Shown here piece by piece: positions 12,710-42,844 of a DNA stretch of 64,000 nucleotides. The position numbers and the translations under genes are program-made. The DNA comes from Macrostomum lignano (taxonomy: Eukaryota). A model generated the notes under the pieces. It saw only the letters and a program-made list of their open reading frames with translations, had not been told where the DNA came from and ran no database searches. Within the stretch, counting starts at the first letter, position 1; each line of letters opens with the position of its first letter. The stretch is from positions 1-64,000 of the forward strand of contig NIVC01002964.1 of assembly GCA_002269645.1 (NCBI GenBank), written 5' to 3'.

Positions 12710-15700
12710 CTAAACATTAAAGAGCCACCATGTCAAACATAAAACAGCCACCATGTCAAACATTAAAGAGCCACAATGTCAAACATTAAAGAGCCACCAT
12801 TTCAAACCTAAAAGCGCCACCATGTCGAACATTAAAGAGCCACCATGTCGAACTTTAAAGAGCCACCATATCAAACATAAAAGAGTTTTTTTTATTAAAA
12901 CACCTTAAAAACACAAAATGCTAAACATTAAAGAGCCACCATGTCAAACATAAAACAGCCACCATGTCAAACATTAAAGAGCCACAATGTCAAACATTAA
13001 AGAGCCACCATTTCAAACCTAAAAGCGCCACCATGTCGAACATTAAAGAGCCACCATGTCGAACTTTAAAGAGCCACCATATCAAACATAAAAGAGTTAC
13101 CATGTCAAACATTAAAGAGCCACCATGTCAAACATTAAAGAGCCACCATGTCAAACATAAAACAGCCAACATTTCGAAAATTAAAGAGCCACCATGTCAA
13201 ACATTAAAGAGCCACCATGTCGAACATTAAAGAGCTACCATGTCAAACATAAAACAGACACCATTAAGAACATTAAAGAGCCACCATGTCGAACATTAAA
13301 GAGCCACCATGTCAAACATAAAACAGAGCCACAATTTCGACAATTAAAGAGCCACCATGTCAAACATTAAAGAGCCACCATGTCGAACATTAAAGAGCCA
13401 CCATGTCAAACATAAAACAGCCACCATTTCAAAAATTAAAGAGCCACCATTTCAAACATTAAAGAGCCACCATGTCAAACATTAAAGAGCCACCATGTCG
13501 AACATTAAAGAGCCACCATGTCAAACATTAAAGAGCCACCTTATCAAACATTAAAGAGCCACCATGTAAAACATTAAAGAGCCACCATGTCGAACATAAA
13601 AGAGGTACCATGTCAAACATTAAAGACCCACCAGGTAAAACATGAAAGTGCCACCATATCAAATATTAAAAAGCCACCATGTCAAGCAATAAAGAGCCAC
13701 CAGGTAAAACATGAAAGTGCCACCATGTAAAACATTAAAGAGCCACCATGTCAAAAATTAAAGAGCCACCAGGTCAAACATATACATGACTCCATGTCAA
13801 ACATTGAAGAGCCACAATGTCGAACATAAAAGGGCCACCATGTCAAATATTAAAGAGCCACCATGTCAAACATTAAAGAGCCAACAGGTCAAACATGAAA
13901 GTGCCACCATGTAAAACATTAAAGAGCCACCATGTCGAACATTTAAGAACCACCATGTCAAACATAAAATAGCCACCATGTGAAACATATATGTGACTCC
14001 ATGTAAAACATTAAAGAGCTACCATATCAGACATATACATGACTCCATGTCAAACATATACGTGACTCCATGTTAGACATTAAAGAGTCACCATGTCGAA
14101 CATTAAAGAGCCAACATGTTAAAAATACAAGAGCCACCATGTCAAACATATACATGACTCCATGTCAAACATTGAAGAGACACCATGTCGAACATAAAAG
14201 AGCCACTATGCAAAACATAAAAGAGCCACCATGTCTAACACTAAAGAGCCACCATGTCAAAAATAAAAGAGCCACCATGTCAAATATTAAAGAGCCACCA
14301 TGTCAAACATTAAAGAGCCACCAGGTCAAACATGAAAGTGCCACCATGTAAAACATTAAAGAGCCACCATGTCAAACATATACATGACTCCATGTCAAAC
14401 ATTGAAGAGACACCATGTCGAACATAAAAGAGCCACTATGCGAAACATAAAAGAGCCACCATGTCTAACACTAAAGAGCCACCATGTCAAAAATAAAAGA
14501 GCCACCATGTCAAATATTAAAGAGCCACCATGTCAAACATATACGTAACTCCATGTCAAACATTGAAGAGACCCCATGTCAAACATTAAAGAGCCACAAT
14601 GTCGAACATAAAAGAGCCACCATGTAAAACATATACGTAACTTCATGTCAAACATTGAAATGACACCATGTCGAACATAAAAGAGCCACCATGTCGAACA
14701 TAAAAGAGTTACCATGTCAAACATTAAAGAGCCACCATGTCAAACATTAAAGAGCCACCATGTCAAACATTAAACAGCCAACATTTCGAAAATTAAAGAG
14801 CCACCATGTCAAACATTAAAGAGCCACCATGTCGAACATTAAAGAGCTACCATGTCAAACATAAAACAGACACCATTAAGAACATTAAAGAGCCACCATG
14901 TCGAACATTAAAGAGCCACCATGTCAAACATAAAACAGAGCCACAATTTCGACAATTAAAGAGCCACCATGTCAAACATTAAAGAGCCACCATGTCTAAC
15001 ATTAAAGAGCCACCATGTCAAACATAAAACAGCCACCATTTCAAAAATTAAAGAGCCACCATTTCAAACATTAAAGAGCCACCATGTCAAACATTAAAGA
15101 GCCACCATGTCGAACATTAAAGAGCCACCATGTCAAACATTTAAGAGCCACCTTATCAAACATTAAAGAGCCACCATGTAAAACATTAAAGAGCCACCAT
15201 GTCGAACATAAAAGAGGTACCATGTCAAACATTAAAGACCCACCAGGTAAAATATGAAAGTGCCACCATATCAAATATTAAAAAGCCACCATGTCAAGCA
15301 TTAAAGAGCCACCAGGTCAAACATGAAAGTGCCACCATGTAAAACATTAAAGAGCCACCATGTCAAAAATTAAAGAGCCACCAGGTCAAACATATACATG
15401 ACTCCATGTCAAACATTGAAGAGCCACAATGTCGAACATAAAAGGGCCACCATGTCAAATATTAAAGAGTCACCATGTCAAACATTAAAGAGCCAACAGG
15501 TCAAACATGAAAGTGCCACCATGTAAAACATTAAAGAGCCACCATGTCGAACATTTAAGAACCACCATGTCAAACATAAAATAGCCACCATGTGAAACAT
15601 ATATGTGACTCCATGTAAAACATTAAAGACCTACCATATCAGACATATACATGACTCCATGTCAAACATATACGTGACTCCATGTTAGACATTAAAGAGT

Positions 15701-16870
15701 CACCATGTCGAACATTAAAGAGCCAACATGTTAAAAATACAAGAGCCACCATTTCAAACATATACATGACTCCATGTCAAACATTGAAGAGACACCATGT
15801 CGAACATAAAAGAGCCACTATGCAAAACATAAAAGATCCACCATGTCTAACACTAAAGAGCCACCATGTCAAAAATAAAAGAGCCACCATGTCAAATATT
15901 AAAGAGCCACCATGTCAAACATTAAAGAGCCACCAGGTCAAACATGAAAGTGCCACCATGTAAAACATTAAAGAGCCACCATGTCAAACATATACGTAAC
16001 TCCATGTCAAACATTGAAGAGACCCCATGTCAAACATTAAAGAGCCACAATGTCGAACATAAAAGAGCCACCATGTAAAACATATACGTAACTTCATGTC
16101 AAACATTGAAGCGACACCATGTCGAACATAAAAGAGCCACCATGTCGAACATTAAAGAGCCACCATGTCGAACATAAAAGAGCTACCATGTCAAACATTA
16201 AAGAGCCACCATGTCAAACATAGAAGAGCCACCATGTCAGACATTAAAAAGCCACCGTATCAAACATAAAAGAGTTACCGTGTAGAACAAAAAACAGCCA
16301 CCATGTCGAACATAAAAGAGCCACCATGTAGAATATTAAAGAGACACCATTTCAAACAGTAAAGAGCCACCATGTCAAACATTTAAGAGCCACCATGTCA
16401 AACATTAAAAAGCCACTTTGTCGAACATTAAAGAGCCACCGTGTCAAACATAGAAGAGCCACCGTGTCAAACATAGAAGAGCCACCATGTCAAACATAAA
16501 AGAGCCACCATGTCAGACATAAAAAGCCACCGTATCAAACAAAAAAGAGTTACCATGTAGAACAAAAAACAGCCACTATGTCGAACATAAAAGAGCCACT
16601 ATGTAGAATATTAAAGAGCCACCATGAAGAACATTAAAGAGCCACCATGTCAAACATTTAAGAGCCACCATGTCAGACATTAAAAAGCCACCGTATCAAA
16701 CATAAAAGAGTTACCATGTAGAACATTAAAGAGCCACCATTTCAAACAGTAAAGAGCCACCATGTCAAACAGTAAAGAGCCACCATGTCAAACATAAAAG
16801 AGCCACCATGTCAACATAAAAGAGCCACCATGTCAAAAATTAAAGAGCCACCATGTCAAACATAAAAGAT
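12710..16870. repeat. Expanded 23-bp satellite array (~180 units) with a ~1.6 kb higher-order duplication
   Basis: Same unit as 11020-11800; near-identical ORFs at 14070 and 15682 are offset by 1612 bp. Confidence 0.93.
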
Positions 16871-16959
16871 ACACAATTTTAAACGTAAGAGTAAGCGAAT
16901 TTTAAAGGAGCCGCTATAATGCTAAGGAAATTGTCGCACTAGCTACTTATTGTCTGGTG

Positions 16960-17210
16960 GATGCTTGCTATTTGGGGATGCTATCTATGTGGGGGGATGC
17001 TTGCTCTCTGGAAGATGCTTGCTATCTGGGGGAAGCTTGCTATCTTGGGGATGCTTGCTATCTGGGGGATCCTTGCTATCTGGGGGTGCTTGCTATCTGG
17101 GGATGCTATCCTTCTGGGGGATGCGTGCTATCTGGGGGATGCTTGCTATCTTTGGGATGCTTGCAATCTGGGGGATGCTTGCTATCTGGGGGATGCTTGC
17201 TGTCTTGGGA
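16960..17210. repeat. 18-bp subterminal repeat, ~14 copies
   Basis: Direct reading; source of the GDACYL / WGMLAI ORFs. Confidence 0.9.
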
Positions 17211-19521
17211 TGATTTCTTTTTGCATTGCACTTCATTTAAGTATTTTGTCTGTTTTCTTTTTCTTTTTGTTACTTGTAGAGAGCGGAGATTCTATACAGA
17301 TGTCCCCCAACGGGGGGCGAAGATTGCTAGTTCTATTCTAAATTTTATCGATAACTCAAATATCGTTTTATACCATAAATACACGTGTACATTTGTAGAG
17401 CTACATGTAGTTACACAATCTGCTAATCAGGTTTAATCAAGATCTATGAGAAAATATTGCCTTCTCCGCTATCCAGCATGTAAAGTATGAAAATATTCGA
17501 AGAACGAAAATACACATGTACATGTCTGTAAGTCTGTGATCCATTTCTACTTATTATCCTATGTATTCGGTAATTTAATAATATTACCATAATATAGAAG
17601 ATCTACCAAAAACTTGACCAATTCTTTTAATGATTTTCCGTACGTTGAAATCAGCGAAAAACGCTGTCTGACCTTGAATTAAAAGTAAATCTGTACTTTT
17701 TAGCTCGTATTTTATTATTATTCGAGTTTAGAAGCAACCAATATTTATTTACCGCTTCTACGTAGTGCACACCGACTACAGATTTTATATTATTAGATTC
17801 GAAAGACCTTGCCTGTGAATATGCAGGAAACATTCTGATGTAGATTTCTGATGTACGAGCTATTACGAGTCTCCGTTATAGCTGTCAACAACAGAACTCG
17901 GTAGGCCAGCGTCCAGGGAGAATTGATAATTGAATGCAAACACTCGGTGGGTTGCTGGAAATTAAAGAAGAGCTCGGAATTCCTGGTATAAGTTATTCAT
18001 ATTCAATTTTCCACCCTACCATTCCCAATTTTATAGTACTAATTTAATCAATTTCCCATGATTTTAGAAAGACAACATTTAGTGGGGCAACCAGACATTC
18101 GATGAGGCAGGATCTCGGTGTAAGGACCAATGTATAGATGTATAACCACTTTTACACTCCACAGTGGTCCTTGTTTCGGTGGTGGAAACCCTTAATTAAA
18201 AGCGGGCTTGTAGTCGTATTTTGGCGAAAATTCGCTTGCACTTTTTCCACGTCTCCAACAAAAAGGAACGGAGTGATCCATCAAACCCTGCTCCCTGGTA
18301 ACATTCCACATGAAATGCTAAACCAGCTCAGCTTGATAAGACTGATTAACACCGTAAACTTTGTTGAATCGCCTTATGAACTTTTGAAATTTCATAAGAG
18401 GCCTGATTTCTAGAATATATTGGTAAAAAAATAAGAAAAAATTGACTTTACACTTTTTAAATATTTACAAATTCTAAATGGTATTTGTTTTATCTAATAA
18501 GCTAAAAGGGTTTATTTTAAACAATCAATTATTTTCTTTTTTATCTTAATTTCTCCTAACCGTACCGACACTGTGCCACCTTGATCATAACATCGATATT
18601 TTTATATTTTATAATATATAGTTATTAAAATATGATAAAATGTGTAAGAATGGCGTGAGTTAAAGGCGAGGCAATCGCGAATTGATTTTAAATGACATAG
18701 TGATGTCCTTATCCGTTATCGCTGTGGTACTTCGAACTATAGGTCTACTCAAACTCAAAATCGCACTCAGGCACTGCAACATTGGAAACATACAAGCTGC
18801 AATCATTATTTCTAGAGATTCATCTTTTTACATATGTATGCCATAACATAATTATTTTATTTTTCACTATACCATTGTCCATTGTTTATAATGGATACTT
18901 TTTTCATTACTCAAAATGTAGGGCCTATAAACTTTGAACTTAGATTAGAACAGAAGAAAGGACCAATATCAAATAAAATAAACAATAAGCCTATACATCA
19001 ACATAATCAAGCAATGCTTTTTAAGTAGCCTAAATGGTAGTGGTTATTTTTAAGCCATAAAAATAACTTCTGATATTTTTATGCTCAGCTATAAAAATTA
19101 GTATTTGGGTTAGGCCTATATCTATGGCTCAGCCATAAAAATAACTCTTGGGCCTATCTTACCCAATGAAAATTATACCTAGGCCAAGAAGTGTCCCAGA
19201 GTCACTTGCATTGCTCCAGAGTCATTTTAGATTCATTGCAGATTACATAGGTTAAATAGGAAAGAAAATATTTTAAATGACTAAAATAATAAGATATCAT
19301 AATATAACATTACAAGTTCCTAAAAGTCATCATAGCATAGAGTTACCCTAGAATCACTTTAAAGTATTTTATTGTCTACAACTCTAAAACAATTCTTGGA
19401 TAACTCTAGTAACTCTAGCTCTAGGGCAATGGTATGATTCTAGGGCTATAGTTATATTTGAGACATTCCAGAATAGTGATTGACCAAATGTAGATTTTTG
19501 CAAGTTTCCAAAACTGAATCC

Positions 19522-20659
19522 TAGTGTTCCGCCGCCGCGAGTTTTGACCTCCGTAACTGTAACCGTAGCCGTAAGAAAGAAGCAACTTCCGTAGCTGAAT
19601 TTTGCTGTCATTACGGGCTAAAAAAGTCCATAACCGTAATTTGCCGTAACCGTAGCCGTAATGTATAACAAAAATTGATATTTTTGCATGAAAAGTAAGG
19701 CAGACAGAAAAGGACAGATAAAAAGGATAAAAGGATAGCAATAAAACCTACTTGTTGTTCGTTCATGCATTAATATTCATTTATTTTTTCGTAAATATAA
19801 TATCTTTATCGAAGTATTCTATAGCATTGCTGTATGCAATTGTGTGCTTGGTGCCTTTTTCAGTTTTCTGTGTCGTGATTCTGTTTTGTTTCGCTACAAT
19901 ATGAATATATGACTGACGTGCCAAGGTCAATGTGTATGTTTAATATCATTAAATAAATATATGAATTTGTTCAAATAAAACTGCTTCAAAATTTCCGATG
20001 ACTAAGAAATTGCATGTTACATTTTTCATTTTCATTTTATTGCATTGTCTATTGTATTGTCTTCTTTGGTTTCAATCAATTTTCAATCATAATTCATATT
20101 CTTATCCTATTAGTATTTATTTAGTATTTCCTTATTAATATTCTTTCATCCTTATCCTCATAATCTAAATCTAATATCCTATTTTTATGCTAAGGAGCTA
20201 AATGCTACATATGGCTAAGAAATATGAATGCCAGATTCTTAGTCTCTTGTAGGCTTTGACTGGCTCTCTCTGTCTCGCTGCTATCATGCTATCGCTATGC
20301 TATGCTATGCCGTATGCCTAATGAGAAAATTCGTGAAAAAATTCATTTTTCATTTTCCAGAAGTTTCGTAGATATTTAGAAACTTAACAAATGTAAAAAA
20401 TAATAATAACTAGTAAAACAAAATGAAAACTGGTTGAAGTTGATATAAAAAAATTCTTTTATAACACTAAACAGTTAAAAATAAATAATTTTTGTTACGG
20501 CTACCAATTATGGCAAGTCTAGAAAAATCTCCGTAATCCGTAACCGTAACCGTAAGCTCAAAATATGTCTGTAACCGTAATCCGTAATGAAAATACGGCT
20601 TCAAAAGTGTCGTAGCCGTAATTTGCCGTAGCCGTAGCCGTAATTACGGCGGAACACTA
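19522..20659. mobile_element. Non-autonomous hAT-like element (MITE), 1138 bp
   Basis: TIR TAGTGTTCCGCC / GGCGGAACACTA; 8-bp flanks CTGAATCC / CTAAATCC (1 mismatch); inverted subterminal (CCGTAR)n repeats. Confidence 0.8.
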
Positions 20660-20803
20660 CTAAATCCAAATCCAAATATCCAAATGTATTTACAAATATA
20701 GTCTATAGACAAAAAGTAAAAGGTAAATGGCAGGAATAACTATGAGACCTTTCAGTTATAAAAATGCTTTGTCATCTAATTAGTAATTGTATTAGTGCTA
20801 TAT

Positions 20804-21446
20804 TAGTGTTCCACCATAAAGGAGGGTCCATGTACCGTAGCCGTAGCCGTAAGCAAAACTATGGCTTACTCTAATTCTCCATATTCCATAGCTATAGGGA
20901 CCCCAAAATTACTATATTCCCATAGTTCCCATAGCCATAGCCATAGTTTTAACAAAAAGTCTAAAAAACAAAATATTTTGAATCAAGAAGATAACCTAGT
21001 GCTTAAACAACTGCAAATTAAATTAGAAAATAAAAGAAACACTTAATTGTCTTTGTAAGATTATATTTCATCTTTTTTTAGAGCAACAATACCCAATCAT
21101 TATTGAAAGTACTAATGCTAAAGTTTTTCACATTAATAAAAATTAGAGTTTGCTAGTGTTTTATTGTACTTTTTAGGTATATTTTATAAGTTTCTAGGTT
21201 GATAATACAATTTATTAAAAGTATCTTTGTTTTACTCTACCTGTTTCTAATATCTTTTCAATTTTTAACATTAATAACTATGGCTACGGGAATCTACGGA
21301 ATATGACAGCAACTACCATATTTCTGTAGTTGTAGCCATAAGAGCAGCTAGCTACCGTAGGTGTATCTGTAGCTGCTGTAGGCACCTATTTTATCGTATT
21401 TGCTGTAGGATCCCATAGCTATAGCTACGGCTACGGTGGAACACTA
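20804..21446. mobile_element. Non-autonomous hAT-like element (MITE), 643 bp
   Basis: TIR TAGTGTTCCACC / GGTGGAACACTA; perfect 8-bp TSD TGCTATAT; subterminal CCGTAG / CTACGG repeats. Confidence 0.88.
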
Positions 21447-22555
21447 TGCTATATATTAATTTACTAACAAGATTCAATCTGTCTTGGGCTTATACTATAT
21501 CTATTTAGTATCTGAATTGAATTAAACTTAGAATTGAACTTAATTATTTTATATCTAATCTAACTAATTCCAATTACTAATACTAACTAACATTATATTT
21601 GTGCAATTTGATAACTTTGTTGTGTATAGTGCACATAAAGTCCATTGCATTCGCATTTTGAAAAGAAACAAAGTAATGATTATACTTAAACAATGATTAC
21701 CTAAATTTTTTTTCAACTTTAGGTTGAATGCTTCAAAGGTCTTAAAGTTAAGTAAATTTACTTAATAACACTTTTGAAAAAATACATTACTACAAAAACA
21801 GACAATTATAAAGGCAAACAATATGACCTTAAATTTTGTGTTCTCATTTTTTTAATTTACTTTCTTTTTTCAAAAGTTGTATTTCTTTTATGTTTGCATA
21901 ATTTTGTTTTTGTTTTTTGATTTTTTTGTATTTAAAAGCACATTTAGTTTTTTTTAGAAAAATGTTTAAATTAAATTGTTACTAATTATTATTACTAAAT
22001 TATATAACATATAATACAATCAGTATTAACTAGCTAAGTAATAGCCACATTGGTAACACCCCTTTCAATAACAAAGATAACAGATTTTAGTTTTATAACT
22101 AATATGTCAATTATTTTATTGCCTAGTATAATTTGATTCTCTACTTAAATTATTTTATAGAGTCCAACCAAGATCAGATTTTTGTTTTTGAGCAAGATTA
22201 AATGAGAATTTTATAAAAAAAATTAAGATTGAAAATAAGTTGATCGAGAATTAAAGATCTGACTGCAATTGTGGATTTGTATAGGAAGAATAGTATTTAT
22301 GATAAGATATATATAAAATTTAGCATGTATTTTAAGTAAATAGATAATAGTACAAAAGAAATAGCTTGAATGTACCATCATAATAATATATATTTGCAGC
22401 AATATGCAAACTAATAGAGCTATTGTAATTATTTAAAGTTGCTGTTTTTTAAGCCTACTTATGATTGTAGATTGATTTCTAATTGCCAAACAATTGTTTT
22501 ATAGCATTTTTGTTTAAAGTGGCCTAGGTTTTTTTTGTGCGAATGGGTTCAAATA

Positions 22556-23165
22556 GCATCCTGGTCTTAAAAATCGCACCCTGAAATTTGACTCAGGGTG
22601 CGAAAAGTGCACCCAAATTTTTGCAAGGATGTGATGCGGGTTTTACAATTTAGTGTCAATTGCCCAATCACATTTGACATTATGATTAGGTCAGTTGGTT
22701 GGTAGGACATGGGTCACAAAGTCATTCCACTTAGGTCTCGGACTCAGTGGGTCAGCAGTCGGTTAGCCAGTCAGACTGTCAGAGTGCCAGCCAGCCAGGC
22801 TTAGGCTGGGCAGTGACTAGGTGGTGAATAGTTGACGTCGACTAGACCCAGACGAGATGAAGGTCAAAAGACACCAGACTAGATTAGTGCAGTACTGCGT
22901 CCAGCGTTTCTTATTGCTATTGAGCTGATAGCTGACTGCTGAGCTAAGCTGAGCTGAGGCTGAGGGGAGAATTATAAGGAGATCAAACAATTAAGTTAAG
23001 TGTTTGGAATTTGGAATTTGGATCATCATTGGATGGTTTGGATGGACAAAAACTTTGAAACACTATTAATATTAGACCAGTTTTTGTCTGCAGCAGTGCA
23101 GCGCATCCTGGTCTTGAAAATTGCACCCTGAAATCTAGCACAGGGTGCGAAATCGCACCCAAGTT
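22556..23165. repeat. Two ~65-bp direct copies of a palindromic element (22556-22620 and 23104-23165)
   Basis: CATCCTGGTCTT...GCACCCTGAAAT...CAGGGTGCGAAA in both copies; 11-bp stem TCGCACCCTGA/TCAGGGTGCGA at 22574-22603. Confidence 0.75.
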
Positions 23166-23687
23166 ATGGACAAAAAAACCCCCCCCAGAAAGTAGCTAAA
23201 ATTAGCTCTACATTTATGCAAAAATTATAACTTTGACTGAGCTACTGCTTATTTAGAAACAAAAGAATAGTTCCATTAGCAACAAGACTTCCATTTTTTT
23301 CTAAATAAACTGCATTCAGCATGTATATTTTCCATATGTCATTTTTGGTACAGGCTTTCTGTCTATCTTTAATTAACAGTTATAGTTTCTAATGTTACAA
23401 CTGTCTTTAACTCAGACTACCCATTGGATTTTACCTACTTAGGAAATAAATCACTTTCATAAAATACATTTTTATAAACTTTCATACTTTCAAGGTTTAA
23501 ATATGAGTGAATATTAGCCAAATTATCTTATATCCTTGTAAAATACAATAATTCCAATTGTGGCATCAAGTATATTGGATAGTCACTGAAATTGATAAAC
23601 CTTAATGATCTACTTTGGTTTTAGGTTAGGGTGAAGGTATGTATTAAAGGCAATTGTCATAGAATAATCTGTCAAGTTTGGATTGCA

Positions 23688-23795
23688 ATGATGAGTGCGC
23701 AGGGGTCCAGAACCCAGGCCAGCATGTGGGCCCGGCACCCAGGAGACTGCTCTTGGGTGTGACAACCATTGCTGCCTGTTGCTTGTAGCATCTGA
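23688..23795 (+). ncRNA. SNORD94: Box C/D snoRNA, SNORD94/U94-like, predicted guide for U6 Cm62 (copy 1, upstream of the PRPF8 ATG)
   Basis: Box C ATGATGA at 23688; guide TGCGCAGGGGTC complementary to conserved U6 GGCCCCUGCGCA; D' CAGA; box D CTGA at 23792-23795; internal hairpins shared with copy 2. Confidence 0.82.
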
Positions 23796-23931
23796 GAAAG
23801 TCCATCCCTATTTCAATTGGTTCAAGCTGATATTAAAGTACACGTACCAGTAGCCCAGCTTATACCAGCTGCAACCTGTCTCCTGTTGCTGCGTATTGAA
23901 TAACAATCCAGCGCCAGCAGTCAATCCCGCC

Positions 23932-40192
<16,261 letters not shown>

Positions 40193-40399
40193 CCTGAGCC
40201 CCCGCTGTTGCCATCAACTCATCGTGTGCGCTCAACTGTCTCATTAATAGCGCACCAACCTGACCAAGGGCCATTGTGCAGTAGTGAAGAGAGCTGCGGG
40301 ATTCTAGATAAATAGACTTTGGCTTGCAAGTTGCGCATGCAACTTTTTCTTTACTACAGCGGCACATCACATTATTGCTGGCTGGGAGAGCAGAACAGC

Positions 40400-40750
40400 T
40401 CTAGTGGAGCAGCAGTGCTCTATTGGAGCAGCAGTGCTCTACGCTCGTAGTGGAGCAGCAGTGCTCTAGTGGAGCAGCAGTGCTCTAGTGGAGCAGCAGT
40501 GCTCTAGTGGAGCAGCAGTGCTCTAGTGGAGCAGCAGTGCTCTAGTGGAGCAGCAGTGCTCTAGTGGAGCAGCAGTGCTCTAGTGGAGCAGCAGTGCTCT
40601 AGTGGAGCAGCAGTGCTCTAGTGGAGCAGCAGTGCTCTAGTGGAGCAGCAGTGCTCTAGTGGAGCAGCAGTGCTCTAGTGGAGCAGCAGTGCTCTAGTGG
40701 AGTAGCAGTGCTCTAGTGGAGCAGCAGTGCTCTAGTGGGGCAGCAGTGCT
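40400..40750. repeat. 19-bp minisatellite
   Basis: GCAGCAGTGCTCTAGTGGA, ~18 copies. Confidence 0.95.
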
Positions 40751-41319
40751 CTAGTGGAGCAGCAGTGCTTTGCTAAATTTTGATGAGTCTGTTAAAAACT
40801 GGGGTTATTCAGTTGACTCTTATTGTTGTTATTATTCGATTTTGACCTTCATTTGTCCGGTTCGTTCACCACCACCACCAACCCTGTGTTTTCTGTTTTA
40901 ATGTAATTTATTATGCAGTTCCCTCTGTTGCACCGGCCGCCTCCTGTTGCCCTCGCCTACCCAGCACTCTCTGCTTGTTCGTGTACAAACTCGAATGCCC
41001 CCCCCCCCCAGCTGAGCAATCCGGTGCGGCCAGCATTGCTGTTGAGGCCGAACTTTTTATAACAACTCTCTGTGCGCTGGGCCTCGGCCGCCTCCTCTGC
41101 GTTCATCGGTGTCATATTTTACTCTATTAATTCTGTAGCCTCTGCTTACTCTGCTTGGAGTTTCTCGATATAAATAAAATGACCTTGTTTGTCCCCAGCA
41201 CCCACTGAGTGCCCCCTGCTGGCACCGACTGTGTCTGTCCGTTTAAACTGCTGCAAGGGCTGGCTTTGCTCAGCTGATTGCTCATTTTGTCTGCGACAGC
41301 CGGCGAGGGCATTGAGACC

Positions 41320-42838
41320 AATGCTTATGGATACTGAGGCCAATGCTTCTGGATACTGAGGCCAATGCTTATGGATACTGAGGCCAATGCTTCTGGATAC
41401 TGAGGCCAATGCTTATGGATACTGAGGCCAATGCTTATGGATACTGAGGCCAATGCTTATGGATACTGAGGCCAATGCTTATGGATACTGAGGCCAATGC
41501 TTCTGGATACTGAGGCCAATGCTTATGGATACTGAGGCCAATGCTTCTGGATACTGAGGCCAATGCTTATGGATACTGAGGCCAATGCTTATGGATACTG
41601 AGGCCAATGCTTATGGATACTGAGGCCAATGCTTATGGATACTGAGGCCAATGCTTATGGATACTGAGGCCAATGCTTATGGATACTGAGGCCAATGCTT
41701 ATGGATACTGAGGCCAATGCTTATGGATACTGAGGCTGATGCTTATGGATACTGAGGCCAATGCTTCTGGATACTGAGGCTGATGCTTATGGATACTGAG
41801 GCTGATGCTTACGGATACTGAGGCTGATGCTTATGGATACTGAGGCCAATGCTTCTGGATACTGAGGCCAATGCTTATGGATACTGAGGCCAATGCTTAT
41901 GGATACTGAGGCCAATGCTTATGGATACTGAGGCTGATGCTTATGGATACTGAGGCTGATGCTTACGGATACTGAGGCTGATGCTTATGGATACTGAGGC
42001 CAATGCTTCTGGATACTGAGGCCAATGCTTATGGATACTGAGGCCAATGCTTATGGATACTGAGGCCAATGCTTATGGATACTGAGGCCAATGCTTATGG
42101 ATACTGAGGCCAATGCTTATGGATACTGAGGCCAATGCTTATGGATACTGAGGCCAATGCTTATGGATACTGAGGCCAATGCTTCTGGATACTGAGGCCA
42201 ATGCTTATGGATACTGAGGCTGATGCTTATGGATACTGAGGCCAATGCTTATGGATACTGAGGCCAATGCTTATGGATACTGAGGCTGATGCTTCTGGAT
42301 ACTGAGGCTGATGCTTACGGATACTGAGGCCAATGCTTATGGATACTGAGGCTGATGCTTCTGGATACTGAGGCCAATGCTTATGGATACTGAGGCTGAT
42401 GCTTATGGATACTGAGGCTGATGCTTATGGATACTGAGGCTGATGCTTATGGATACTGAGGCCAATGCTTATGGATACTGAGGCTGATGCTTATGGATAC
42501 TGAGGCCAATGCTTATGGATACTGAGGCCAATGCTTATGGATACTGAGGCCAATGCTTATTGATACTGAGGCCAATGCTTATTGATACTGAGGCTGATGC
42601 TTACGGATACTGAGGCTGATGCTTATGGATACTGAGGCTGATGCTTATGGATACTGAGGCTGATGCTTATGGATACTGAGGCTGATGCTTATGGATACTG
42701 AGGCTGATGCTTATGGATACTGAGGCCAATGCTTATGGATACTGAGGCCAATGCTTATGGATACTGAGGCCAATGCTTATGGATACTGAGGCCAATGCTT
42801 ATGGATACTGAGGCCAATGCTTATGGATACTGAGGCTA
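41320..42838. repeat. 22-bp minisatellite
   Basis: ATGCTTATGGATACTGAGGCCA, ~69 copies. Confidence 0.95.
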
Positions 42839-42844
42839 ATCTAA

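Larger units (their letters stand above)
12128..17330 (+). mobile_element. Non-autonomous Helitron derivative, 5.2 kb, head-to-tail with the first element
   Basis: Starts TCCTATATACTAAAA directly after the CTAG of element 1; 12128-~12480 matches 2326-~2700; no RepHel; ends with hairpin GTCCCCC-AAC-GGGGGGC and CTAG at 17327-17330. Confidence 0.92.

Noticed and set aside
11475-17436. ORFs in the 23-bp and 18-bp arrays (MSNIKEPP, GDACYL)
   Set aside because: Satellite translations with frequent stops and frame changes.
40930-41320. Small minus-strand exons that might continue the 44165 peptide gene
   Set aside because: Several frames are partly open but no donor/acceptor pair gives a consistent phase or recognisable product.
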